Positions 31,869 to 44,806 of a stretch of DNA of 64,000 bases are shown in pieces (the first letter of the stretch is position 1; every line of letters begins with the position of its first letter). Origin of the DNA: the human T2T-CHM13v2.0 reference genome, Homo sapiens; NCBI RefSeq assembly GCF_009914755.1, contig NC_060926.1; one strand, written 5' to 3'. The notes beneath the pieces were generated by a model that saw only the letters and a program-made list of their open reading frames with translations, was not told the DNA's origin and did not search any database. A program made the position numbers and the translations under genes.

Positions 31869-34061
31869 TCTTTGGATATTTTATAGCTCAGCCATTCTAT
31901 AAGGCTTTTGCCTTGGGAGCTTTCAACTTGAAATGGTATGAAAATTGTAGTAATATAGGGAGACAGTCAGATACTGTGAATAGGGAATGTCATTGTAACA
32001 TCTAGAACAAATGTATGGATCTATAAAGAGAACCCACATATTTTGAAATGTGTATTAAAATTTTCCTCTGGAATTTAAAAAAAATGGGGTGGGGGAGCAG
32101 AGGAGAGCCAAAAGGACTGATGCTGAGTACCTTCCTTATTCTGATATGAAGTATTTATGCACTTAATTTTTTAATCCTCACAATGATCCTACATGGGTAG
32201 GGATAATTATTTTCATATTATAGGGTCGAGTCACAGAACTAACAAGAAGTGGAGCTAGAGCTGGAACACAACTTTTTCTGATGTCCCAGCCTATTTATAT
32301 CAACATTTCTTTAGGTAGATAAAATGAATAGAGTTGTCATGGCTACTTGTTTCATAAATTAATACAACTTAAATAGTCTTGTAATTTTTATTGTAGATCG
32401 AAAGTAAGATGCTTGCTTTTTAAAATTTTTGGGAAATTAAAATATTTAGGAGGGATTTTCTTTATCCTGACATGTAATACTTGGCCCATGTTTTAAGACT
32501 ATTTAAGGAATTTGTGAATATTTCATTTTATTCCCTATGATAATGTGAATCTTCACACATTGGTAAAGGTAGAGGTTACAAATAGTACAACTTTTAAAAG
32601 AAGGTTTACATTTCTTACTTTTTTACGTCTTTAAAACGTTTTCCTTACAGTCCAGAAACTGATTAGTGCTTCTAATTGCCAAAATATGTTGTTTTATTTA
32701 AAAAAATTATTTTGGGAAAAAGGCTTCTCTTGTTAAGCTAATTTCAATGACCAATCTTGTTGTACCTTGACTTGTAATAATGAAAAAAGAGGTACAGAGA
32801 GCTGTTTTATTTGAATAATAGACTTGCCAATTAGCCATCAAGTGCTTCCATCTGTGAAATTGTTGATCAGATGGGTTAGCTGGGATGTTTCCAGACTAGG
32901 GCATCATAAATGGCACTTGAAAACTCTCACTTTAATGATGAGGTTTCAAGTATTACACTGCTTAATGCTGTGGAACCTTTTTCTCCTTTTGCAGTACCAT
33001 GTTTTTTTAGAACATACTGATCCCATTTATGAATTCTGTGGCATCAAGAGAATTTGGGAGACCTGCCACTGATGAAAAGTTCTGCCTAATCTGCTGCTCT
33101 GGCCTGTGCTGGGATTACACCAGAGTGCTAACAGCTTCTTTCATAGCCTTTCCAGTAATTTTGGTTGGGGATCTGACTGGCACAGGCAGGTGATGCTCAT
33201 TGCTTATGGGCCATGGAGCTGGCACACTTTGGCAAGTTTCTTTGCACTTTCCCATTAATGTAAACTCATTTTCAAATATCTCACCCCCTTAAATAAGTGT
33301 ATAAGAGCATAGTAGCCTAAGGCCACATTAGTGTTGAGATTTCTACGTGTACCCCTTGTGTGAAATGACTTTAGCATCTGTCTTGTACATTTTTGAAGGA
33401 TTTAAATTGCTTATTGGTAATTATTACATTTTAAAATTTGTTTAATAATAGCATAGAAATATAAATTTCTGGAAATAATTGTTGTATGTCTTTCCTTACT
33501 GTTCCATATCTTCATTGCTCATCCTTATATTTTATAGGAAGTTTCCTTTTTTAGTAAGTTGACTTCCTCAAATGCCTGTGCATGTGATTAGATGTTAGAG
33601 TCTCTGAGTGACATTTTCCCTTGGTAGGACTGTACTGTGCTTTTCTTTTCCTGTAAATCCAAATTCCTGAAATTTGGCCAGACTTCTGGGTTACCAGTCT
33701 GTGTGGGGTCAAATTCATGGCCCATGTCACTTTTTGGACAGTAGCATGGCCTTCTGCCTGTCCTGGCACAGGTTTCGGACCTACCAACTCACTATGAAAG
33801 GCAGTATATATTGGGCAGTGGTAAAAACCCAGGGCTCTGGAGTTAGGCCAGATCTAGACACTAGCTGAGATCCATGGAAGAGGAAGAGAGAATGAGAATG
33901 CAGTGTAAATGTTCAAGAAAGCAGATAGTTTAGGATCTTGTTCCTATTCTTCTTCCAGAGTAGATCACAATTTAGCATCATTCCCAGACCCTTCAACCTC
34001 CTCAAGTGGACAAGCTCCCAATGAGAGAAAGGTATCAATTTTTAAAAAGATTATGTTATTT

Positions 34062-34655
<594 letters not shown>

Positions 34656-35044
34656 TTTTAAAAATTATGTAATTTTTTTTGACTGCCTGGCCACAGTGTC
34701 TTTTTTGTTCGCTAAGGTTTGTGTGTTGTTCTCTCTCCACAGCAAAAATGTCCAGTAGTTAATAGATAACCTTGATTAATCAATAGGTTTCCCTTTACAG
34801 GTGAGGAAATTGAGGCATGTAGAAATTAAGTAAATTATTCAGTATATTAAGACATTTTTTAAAAAGTGCCTTCAGAGCAGAACTGGAAGACTGTCTTTTT
34901 AAAGTGCTCCTCTGTAGAGCATTAAAGGAAGTATAAGAAAGAGAAAATGGGAACAGATGTGACCATGTTGATGGAAGAATAGAATTTTCCCTTCTTTGAC
35001 CACTGCCACTTTTTCATGCTCTTTAAGTATTTTTCTTCTGATGT

Positions 35045-35175
35045 GTTTTCTTTTTTTGAAAATAGAGACAGGGTCTCACTATATCGCCCAGGCGAACTCC
35101 TGAGCTCAAGTGATTCTCCCTCCTCAGCCTCCCAAAGTGCTGGGATTATACAGGCATGAGCCATCACGCCTGCCG
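35045..35175 (-). mobile_element. Alu monomer (FLAM-like)
   Basis: Single left-arm-type monomer. Confidence 0.8.
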
Positions 35176-35594
35176 TTTGATGTGTGTTTTTCTATCTGTT
35201 CCCTTAATTCCTCAGAAACAGGCACTGTGTCATCTTTTGTGTGGTATCTCAAATAGCATTGTGAATAGATGAATGCTTAGTGAAATTAGGGTAGTGGTCA
35301 GCAGTATTTCTAGGAAGCCTCAGAGATTACTTCTGTCCCTTAACCTCTACCATGCCTCAGAACTTCTGAGCCTTTTATGCTTCTAATTAACAGAATTCAG
35401 GGAGTTTTTATGAGAAACAAGGTATTTTTAAATAGGTAAATAGTTATTTTTAAATAGGTACCAGTATATGACATGTTACTTCAGAATACAAATGGGCACA
35501 TGTTGAATACTAAGTTTCCCTGTTGTCTCTGTTCCCTTCTTTAGAGACAACCTCTGTTACCAGTTTCTTTATGTCCTTCCAAAGATAATTCTAT

Positions 35595-35805
35595 GTTAGT
35601 ATTGTCCAGTGGAACTTTCTGTGGGTTGGAAATATATTATATTTAGCTGCCCAGTATGGCAGCCATTAGCCACATAGTGCTACCGAGTCCTTGAAATGTA
35701 GCTGTTATGACTGAAGAACTAAATGTTTAAATTCTGTTTAATTTAAAATAGTTTAAATTACATAGCTGCATGTGGCCAGTGGCCACTATATTGGACAGTG
35801 CAGTG
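35595..35805. mobile_element. MER3-like hAT-Charlie element
   Basis: TGTCCAGTGGAACTTTCTGTG...GCCACTATATTGGACAGTGCAG. Confidence 0.75.
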
Positions 35806-36814
35806 TACACAAAACTGGATTCTAGAGATTGTCTCATCCCATATCCATAGATATAAAGCTGCATGTTTTTTCTTAAAGGATGGCTTGCTTTCCCATTTTT
35901 TTAGACAAACCATGATTTACTTAATTAGTGCTCTACTGATATACACTTAGGTTGTTTCTTATCTTTTGATTTACAAACCGTGTTGTAGTAAATATCTCAT
36001 TGAAGACGTTATTTCACATGCATTTTCCCAGAGGATAAATTCCTAGGAGTGGAATTACTGTGTTTAATCAGTGTAGTTAGCCTGATACGGTAGAAAGAAT
36101 ACAGGATTTGGCTTTGAATTTAGGCTTTACTACTTAGTCACTTTTTAGACATTGATTAACTTCTTTGAACTTCAGCTTCCCCATTTATAAAATAGGCACA
36201 GTAGAATCCACTTTGCCAGGGTTATGTTATTATTAGAAGTAATATATGTAATGGTCTTCTCAACTGGTATTAGGAGCTTAAATTAGGAATGGTAGATAAT
36301 GAAAGCCCTACTACTATTACTTGTTTTATTAATAAAGAGATCATTATAAGCCTAGAGGCGTATGTTTAATGCTGAATTGTGGCAGAATAGCTTTGCTTCG
36401 CCCATTTTAGGTTTGTAAATATGGTCTCCACCTTTTATTCATTTGGTCTCCACCTTTTATTCATTTAACTTACTTGAATTATATGTATATATATAGCCAT
36501 CTATAAATTACTTTTCATGTGCTAATTTATAACTTTTATATCAACTGGCAAAATTGTGGTGCCTTGCCTGTCAGCTGATAGTTAAATTTAAGCAGAGTCA
36601 CCATATTAATAAAACACTGCTTGTATTTGAATATTTTATGGCATATTGGTCGGAAACAGGGAAATGAAGATGCTGATACTATTTACAAGCAGCTGTAGGT
36701 TCTAAAACCGGATGAATTATGGAAGCATATTATGAGTTTGGATATCAATTTTTTCTTTAGTATTTTCAGTGATGTTACTTATTTGAAACCCTTAGAATTA
36801 CATTGAAGAAGTAA

Positions 36815-37163
<349 letters not shown>

Positions 37164-38189
37164 TATGTGTTATTTTTATATTCTTAATACACTGGCAATT
37201 ATTAATAAGCTCATTTTAAGTTTTCCTTGACTTCATTTTTTATAAACATTAAGGAAGTTCTTTTTTCAAAAATTTACACTTTCATATGAATCATTTACTT
37301 TGGAAGTAACTTATTCAAAGTCATTTAAAGAAAAATTAATCTTTTAAAAACCATTAACCAAGATGTTTACAAGTATGCTGATTAAGAATCAATTTCAGGA
37401 ATGCTCTGTATCTGTATGAGCAAGAGGGAAACGTGCTTTGTTTTGTTTGTTTGTTTGTTTTTGGTAAATCTGAGTACCTAAAAGTCTCGTTTGGGAGTGA
37501 AACTCAAGGGGAAAAACAGTGTTAAATTTTATTCCTAAATTTAGTATTTGTTTCTAAATCATATATATTTTGTTGAAATTAGAATTGCTCTTTTTTGGTA
37601 TCAGTAAACTAAATATTAAAAGATGTTTATTGTTAGGAGTAGTAGTAGCAGCAGCTGTGTGCCAGACACTATACCAAATGCCTTACATATGTTATCTCAT
37701 TTAATCTTTACATTAACCAGTACCACGTGGTATGATTAGCACCATTCACAAGGGAAAATGGGTCATAGCTTTAAGTGGTTAAGATAGGATTAAACCTCAG
37801 ACTTGGTCTTTCTAATTCCAAAGTATCTCTGCACCTAATCAATATTTTAGTTTGGGAGAGTATCATTCAGATTGTTAATAGGCATTGCTATCTTTGTATA
37901 CTGAACTTATAGGAATTAACCAGTGCAGAAATGATTGTTCTTAGTTTATGGTGACGGTCCCATGGCTGCCAGTGCACATGACTGTGAACAGTAAGTAGTA
38001 TATTTTTCAAAGTGTATAAACAGGTACATTTGCAGTAATTGAGATGATGTGCTGTAGCAGGAAGGGGATTAGACTATGGATCAGGAGATAAGGGTTCTGG
38101 TTCTCAGTGTATGTCTTGACCTGTAGCCTGCACAAGTTATTTAATTTATATACATTTATTTTCCTATCTGTATGCCTTTAAAAAGTATG

Positions 38190-38357
38190 ATTATACTCTC
38201 TGACTACTTAATTGTTACAAGAATTATACTCTCTGACTACTTAATTGTTACAAGAATAAAAAGGGATGAGAAAAATCTAAAAACATTTTGTAACTCTCTG
38301 ACTACTTAATTGTTACAAGAATAAAAAATGATGAGAAAATCTAAAAACATTTTGTAA
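38190..38357. repeat. Nested local tandem duplications (33-bp and ~65-bp units)
   Basis: ACTCTCTGACTACTTAATTGTTACAAGA occurs at 38195, 38228 and 38293. Confidence 0.92.
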
Positions 38358-39787
38358 AACCATCTAGTACTCAATAAGTAATTTAACCTCAAAGATGAAG
38401 GTCTCCAAGCACATAGCCTTGTGGTGAGTTGTAGAGCCCTTGATGAAGCATCCCTAAGGTAGTTTTTTCTTTTTTGCCTAGAATTTCTCTCAAAGAATCC
38501 TTGGAACTATATTTAGAGCTATAAATTACGAGAAATGAAGTTCTGAAACTGCGTTTGTGTGTGCACATGTGCGTGAGCATGTATTCACAGGCCCTATAAC
38601 GCAGTTATATTGTAGGTAGGGTTAGGAGAGTTTTTTTTTTTTTTTGGAAAGAAAAACTTCTCTTAAAATTTTTTTATTTGGGCCTTTCTGAATGAGTACT
38701 ATTTTTGCCATTGATAACCTGTATTTGTTGAGCTGCTGTACTCATATTATCTACTCTGTAAGCCTTTTTTCTACTCTTTTAGACTTGGAAAAGCATTTTA
38801 CTTTGTAATCACTGTGTATGAGAATGATCACAAGAGGAAGTACTAAAAAAGGCATTCAATAACTTTATAATACTTTTTGAATTTTGAGAATTTCAGTATA
38901 GGAGTATTTATAGGCCTTTTGTATGTTTTTAATAGCTTAATTGAGATATAATTGACATACAGTAAACGATAATATTTAAAGTGTATAATTTGTTAAGTTT
39001 TGACTGTATTTACTCAGGAAACCATCACTGCAATCAAGATGGTGAACATCCATCATTCTCAGAATTTACATATGCCCCCAGTGTAGTCCCTTTCCTTGCA
39101 CTTCTCTCCCCACCCCCAGACTACCACTGATTTGCTGTCACTATACATTAGTTTGCATTTTCTAGCATGTTAATCAGTGGGATCATATAATAGGAACTCT
39201 TCTTTTTGTCTAGCTTTCATTACTGTAATTGTTTTGAGATTCTTCAGAGTGTGTATTCATATTTCATTTTTTTTGCTGAGTAGTATTTCATTGGATGGAT
39301 ATATAACACTTTGTTTATCCATTAACTTGTTCATGGATAATTTGGTGTGTTTTGGTTTTTGGCTGTTACAGATAAAACTGCTGTAAACATTATGTACATG
39401 ACATTGTATGGACAGGTGTTTTTATTTCTCTTGCTTAAATACCTAGGATTAGATTGGCTGGACCATATGGTAGGTATATGTTTAACTTCTTCAAAAACTG
39501 CCAAATTGTTTTTCAGATTGGTTGTATCATTTATATTCCCACCAGCAGTGTGTGAGAGTTCCCGTTCTTCCACATCCTTGCCAGTACTTGATATGGTTAA
39601 TTTTTTTAATTTAGCCATTTTCTAGTGGTTAATAGTATCTGATTGTGGTTTTAATTTGCATTTTCTGGATGACTGATGATGGTGAGCATCTTTTTATGTG
39701 CTTATTTGCCATTCATCTATATATTTTAGGGATATATTCATGTGTTGCCTGGTTTTTACTGGGTGGGTTATTTTGTTAATGAATTTT

Positions 39788-41674
39788 TTTTTTTTTTTTT
39801 TTTGAGATCATCTACTCAAAGTTTATTGGACTGAACAAAGGCTGAATACAGAGATCCAAGCCATGAGGAGTACATGAGGTGTGGTGCCTATAAGCCAGGG
39901 TCGGAAACTTTCCAGACAAACCTAGATAGCTCTACTAGGAGGGAGTCAACGACCTATTGTATCAATTAGATCCCAGCCTGGACAAGGGCATGACTATTGC
40001 TGTTTGGGGACACGTGGCTCTGTGTTGAAGGCAATGACTGTGTGGCTGTTGCCATGTGGCCTGTTCTCCCCTAAGCCCTGAACCAAAGGTTCCAGGCCCA
40101 GATGAGAAGGCCACTGGGAATGCATGCCATAGGGGTTGATGCTGGACATTCCCCAGCCTTCCATTAAATGAAAACATTTTCTATAAACTTACTGCTTTAA
40201 AAAAATGTTTTAACCAACAAACCTAAGAACTGCAAATGAGTTTGGTATAGTATAAATATTGTCAAATATAAAATTCCAAGAAACGCATTTGAGACTGATC
40301 TGATGATCTGAAGTTCTAACTAATCTATCAAACTTTCTAAGAAAAGGCATAGGTCAAGAAATCTTTTTAAAGCAAACATTATTGCTTCTGCTATAGCAGA
40401 CTGGAGATTTGGCTGAGCTGGTAAGAACCTCAGTGAAAAGGTGTCTTAGCAATGAAAGGGCTGAATCCGAGATTCCTCTAGATGAAAAATAAGGGGAATG
40501 GTCAAGTAAATTCCTGGTACTGGTTCTTTGCTGCCCTGTAATCAATATGGCATCTCACCCCCGACAACCAAGCCAGCCAGAGAGAGAAGTGGGGTTCCCA
40601 GGGAAAAGGGTCGGCTGACCACCCTGACGGAGCTGGTGAGCACAGGTGAGCTCTACCTCATTTGTCTCTCATTCCTCAAAGTCTTCTGTGGTTTGGCTTC
40701 AGTGAGGGCAAAAGAGGGGGGACTGGAGTGAAAGTGAACTCTGCTTTTAAAATGTTCGTTTTATCTAAGGTGTGCAGGGTGTGTGGATAGCAAGTTTGAG
40801 TGGTAAGAAAAATCCCAGTCCAGGGTCTGAGCTCTAACTCTTAAAACTCTTCAGCTTAACAAAGTGACCCACAGGAACAGACATGAACATCTCTACACAG
40901 GGCAGGGCCAAAGGTGTTCCCAGGATCCTGCTAGCCAAGGGACAAGTCCTGATTGAGGGTCTAGAGCTCAGCAGATTTATGGAGGCAGCATGCACCCTGG
41001 GCGCCTGCCCAGACTCCTCTCTGGGGTTTCCATTTTATCTCTCAAGCTTTTAAGATGCCAAAAGGAAAAGCCTTTAGGAGGACGCTAAGGATAACTTCGT
41101 TATTCTTCAGTTCTCTGCTCCTCCTCCAGCTCCTCTTTGGTCATCATCTTCTCGTACTGGTTTCCCCTCAGCTTCCCGGGGCTGTATTTGAAGGAGAAGC
41201 CTTCTCCGTCCTCCTCCTCAGGCCCTTCCGATGATGGCCCCTTCTCACCATCCAAGTCCTGCTCCTCTTCCTGCCTCGCCTCCACCGCCTGCTCCTCCGC
41301 CTCCGCTGGCGCCGCCGCGGGATCCCCTGGCCCTTCGGGCTCCCCCGGTCCCGCAGGCTCCCCGAGCTCCCCCAGCCCCGCGGGCTCTCCAGGCTCCTCC
41401 GGCCCCGCGGGCGAGGCCGCCGGCTCGGGGGCGCAGGGGCGGGACGGCGCCGGGGCCCCGGTGGCCTCGGCCGGGGGCGCGGGTTCCGGGGGCGCGCGGG
41501 CAGGCTCCGGGCTCGCGGCCGCCCCACGCCGCACCAGTAGCCAGGCGAGCAGAAGGGCCAGCGCGGTGGCCAGCGCAGGCAGCGCGGCCAGCAGCTCGGC
41601 CGGCGCCTCCATCGCGCCGCGGCCGCCGAGTGCCGGCCAGCTGCGACCCCGAGGGATCCCGCCGCGCCCCGTCC
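39788..41674 (-). pseudogene. MXRA7P1: Processed (retrotransposed) copy of MXRA7 mRNA, full length with 5' UTR, CDS, 3' UTR and poly(A); probably the locus annotated MXRA7P1
   Basis: Intronless. Poly(T) at 39784-39803 on + strand; AATAAA (TTTATT 39822-39827) 18 nt from the tail. Identical 16-bp flanking repeat TTTGTTAATGAATTTT at 39772-39787 and 41675-41690. ORF recognisable as MXRA7. Confidence 0.93.
41100..41612 (-). CDS. Intact 170-aa MXRA7-like ORF of the retrocopy (hydrophobic N-terminal anchor, Pro/Glu-rich linker, conserved FSFKYSPGKLRGNQY motif); expression unknown
   Basis: ORF track MEAPAELLAALPALATALALLLAWLLVRR...EEEQRTEE with no frameshift or internal stop; ATG context GCG ATG G. 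Confidence 0.55.
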   Translation of the reverse strand: MEAPAELLAALPALATALALLLAWLLVRRGAAASPEPARAPPEPAPPAEATGAPAPSRPCAPEPAASPAGPEEPGEPAGLGELGEPAGPGEPEGPGDPAAAPAEAEEQAVEARQEEEQDLDGEKGPSSEGPEEEDGEGFSFKYSPGKLRGNQYEKMMTKEELEEEQRTEE

Positions 41675-41843
41675 TTTGTTAATGAATTTTATGAGTTCTT
41701 TATATGTTCTGAATAGAAGTTCTTTATCAAATATATAATTCGCAGATATTTTCTCCCAGTACATGGGCTTGTCTTTTTATCTTCTTAACACTTTTTTGAA
41801 GACCAGAGTTTTTAATTTTGATAGTTTAATTTATAAAAATTTG

Positions 41844-42172
41844 GGCCGGGCACGGTGGCTCACGCCTGTAATCCCATCATGTTGGGAGGCCGAGGTGGGT
41901 GGATAACGAGGGCAGGAGATTGAGACCATTCTGACTAACACGGTGAAACCCCATCTCTACTAAAAATACAAAAAATGAGCCGGGCGTGGTGGCATCTGCC
42001 TGTAGTCCCAGCTACTCAGGAGGCTGAGGCAGGAGAATCGCTTGAACCCGGGAGGCAAAGGTTGCAGTGAGCCGAGATCAGCCACTGCACTCCAGCCTGG
42101 GAGACAGAACAAGTCTCCTTCTCCAAAAAAAAAAAAAAAATTAAAATTAAAAAAAATATATATATATATATA
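41844..42172 (+). mobile_element. Alu (AluSc/Y-like) with A/(TA)n tail
   Basis: GGCCGGGCACGGTGGCTCAC..., CTAACACGGTGAAACC. Confidence 0.93.
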
Positions 42173-43830
42173 AATTTGTGTTATAAATTATATTTTGATA
42201 TGATAATTAAGAAATCTCTCCTAACCCAATGTCACAAACATATTCTCTTTTCTTCCAGAAGTTTTATAATTTTTAAATGTCGCATTTTTGTTTGTGATCC
42301 ATTTTGAATTGTGTTTTATATGTGGTGCAATATATGGGTTATGCTTAGTTTAACAAAATATGTTTTGCATGTGGATATCCAGTTACTACAGCACCACTTG
42401 TTTAAATCCTGATGGCCCTTTATTTCTTGCCTTACTGATCTGACTAGAACCTTTAATAAAATGTTAATAGAAGTGGTGAAATGAGCATTCCTGTCTTGTC
42501 CTGATCGTAGGGGGAAACATTCATTATCTGACCATCAAACATGATATTAGCTGTACATTTGTTATAGATACTCTTTATCAGGTTGAAGAAGTTCCCTGCT
42601 ATTCCTACTTTGTTGAGACTTTTTTTTTTTATCAGAAGTGGATCTTGGATTTAGTCAAACACCTTTTCTGCATGTATCGAGATGATTATATGACTCCTTT
42701 GTTGTAATAAGATGATCTTTTTTATTCCTTGTAACAATTCTTTGCTCTGAAATTGGTTGATATAATACAGGCGTTCAGCTTTCTTTTCATTAGTGCTAAT
42801 GTGGTATATCTTTTACTGTCTACCTATTTGGATCTTTATTTAACCTATTTGAAATAAGTTTCTTGTAGGCAGCGTGTAGTTAGATTTTGAGATGTTGTGT
42901 TTTGCTTTTTTTTTTTAAAATCCAGTCATAGTCTCAGCTTTTTAATTCAGATATTTAAGTAATTTACATTTCACAAAATTATTGAATGTCGTTAAGTTTA
43001 AATCTTTCATTTTGCTGTTTGCTTAATAATTTTCTCATTTGTTCTTTTGTCATTTTTTTCCTTTCTCTGACTCCTTTGAGATTAATTGGATATTGTAATG
43101 ATTCCATTATATCCCCTTTGTTGAATTTCTAGCTATAACTTGTTTTGTTAGTTTATTTTTTGCTTTAGGGTTTATAGTATACATCTTTAACTTACCATAG
43201 TCTACCTTCAAGTGATATACTACTTTATTTATAGCATGTGAATGTTATAATAATATACTCCATATATGCTCTCTGGACCTTTGTGCTATATGTTGAAAAT
43301 CCATGATTTATGTTCATTATTTTTGTCTAAATAGTTGTCTTTTTTTAATTGTGATCATACATATGTAACATAAAGCTTACCATTTTAATCATTTTTAAGT
43401 GATCAGTTCAGGTATGTTCACATTTTTGTGCAACCATCACTGCCATCTGTCAGAACTTTTTCATCGTCCCAAACTGAAACTCTGTACCCATTAGACCATA
43501 ATACTTCATCTTCCACCCCCTCATCCCTTGCAGCCAGCATTCCACTTTCTGTTTGTTACGAATCTCACTATTCAAAGGACCTCACATATATGGAATCATT
43601 CAATATTTGTCATTTTGTGACTGGCCTAGCATAATGTCATTAAGGTTCATCCATGTTGTAGTATGTGTCAGAATTGTATTCCTTTTTATGGTTGAATAAT
43701 ATTCCATTGTATGTATGCATACCATATTTTGTTTGTCCATTCATCTATTGATGAGCAGTTGGGTTGATTTCACCTTTTGGCTATTGTGAATATTGCTGCT
43801 ATGAACATTGGTGTAGAAATATCTGTTTGA

Positions 43831-44145
<315 letters not shown>

Positions 44146-44164
44146 TTAGTTCTTTTGGGTATAT

Positions 44165-44465
44165 AGGTAGCCCTCCTTATCCATGGGTTCTGCATCCATG
44201 GATTCAACCAACGTTTACATCTGTACTGAACATGTACACTTTTTCTTGTCATTATTCCCAAAACAATATAATAGCTATTTGAATAGCATTTACATTGTAT
44301 TAGGTATTATAAGTAATCTAGAGATTATTTAAAGTGTATGGAGGATGGGCATTGGTTATATGCAAATACTAGGCTATTTTACATTAGAGACTTGGTGCGG
44401 GGGGGTGGGGAGCGGTGGGGGGAGGTCCTGAAACCACTGCCCCAAGGGTACTGAGGGATGACTGT
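44165..44465 (-). mobile_element. MER2
   Basis: GCCCTCCTTATCCATGGGTTCTGCATCCATGGATTCAACC...TACTGAGGGATGACTGTA. Confidence 0.82.
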
Positions 44466-44494
44466 ACTCAGAAGTGAAGTTGACAGATCATTTA

Positions 44495-44806
44495 GTGTCT
44501 TACTTAGTTGGGGGTGTTCTAACAAATTACCATAGATTGAGTGGCTTAAATAACAGATATTCATTTCTCATAGTTCTGGAGGCTGGAAGTTGGAGATCAG
44601 GGTGCCAGTGTGATTGGGTTCTGGTTAGGGCCTGGTTCTGTGTTGTAGACTGCTGGCTTCTTGTTGTATCCTCGCATAGCAGAAAGAAAGCTAAGAGTTT
44701 TCTGGAGACCCTTTGTAATAAGGGCACTAATCTCATTCATGAGGCTTCCACCCTGGATGTCAACATATGAATAGGAAGGAGGGGGCACAAATATTCAGTC
44801 CATAAT
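44495..44806. mobile_element. MLT1 (MaLR) solo LTR
   Basis: TTTCTCATAGTTCTGGAGGCTGGAAGT...CACAAATATTCAGTCCATAA. Confidence 0.85.

Larger units (their letters stand above)
38925..43830 (-). mobile_element. Old L1M element(s) hosting the MXRA7 retrocopy and an Alu
   Basis: Antisense L1 3' end from ~38925. L1 sequence resumes after the TSD at 41690 and translates to WEKISANYIFDKELLFRTYKEL, similar to the L1 ORF2 C-terminal region. Confidence 0.75.

Noticed and set aside
38195-38320. CRISPR-like array of three identical 28-bp repeats
   Set aside because: The spacers are 5 and 37 nt, and the 37-nt spacer is itself repeated after the third copy. Eukaryotic context with no cas genes; this is a tandem duplication.
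41137-41716. Plus-strand ORFs of 181 and 161 aa
   Set aside because: Antisense shadows of the GC-rich MXRA7 CDS; low complexity, no independent support.
44399-44425. G-rich run as a G-quadruplex
   Set aside because: A low-complexity expansion inside MER2 with only three clear separate runs; weak case.
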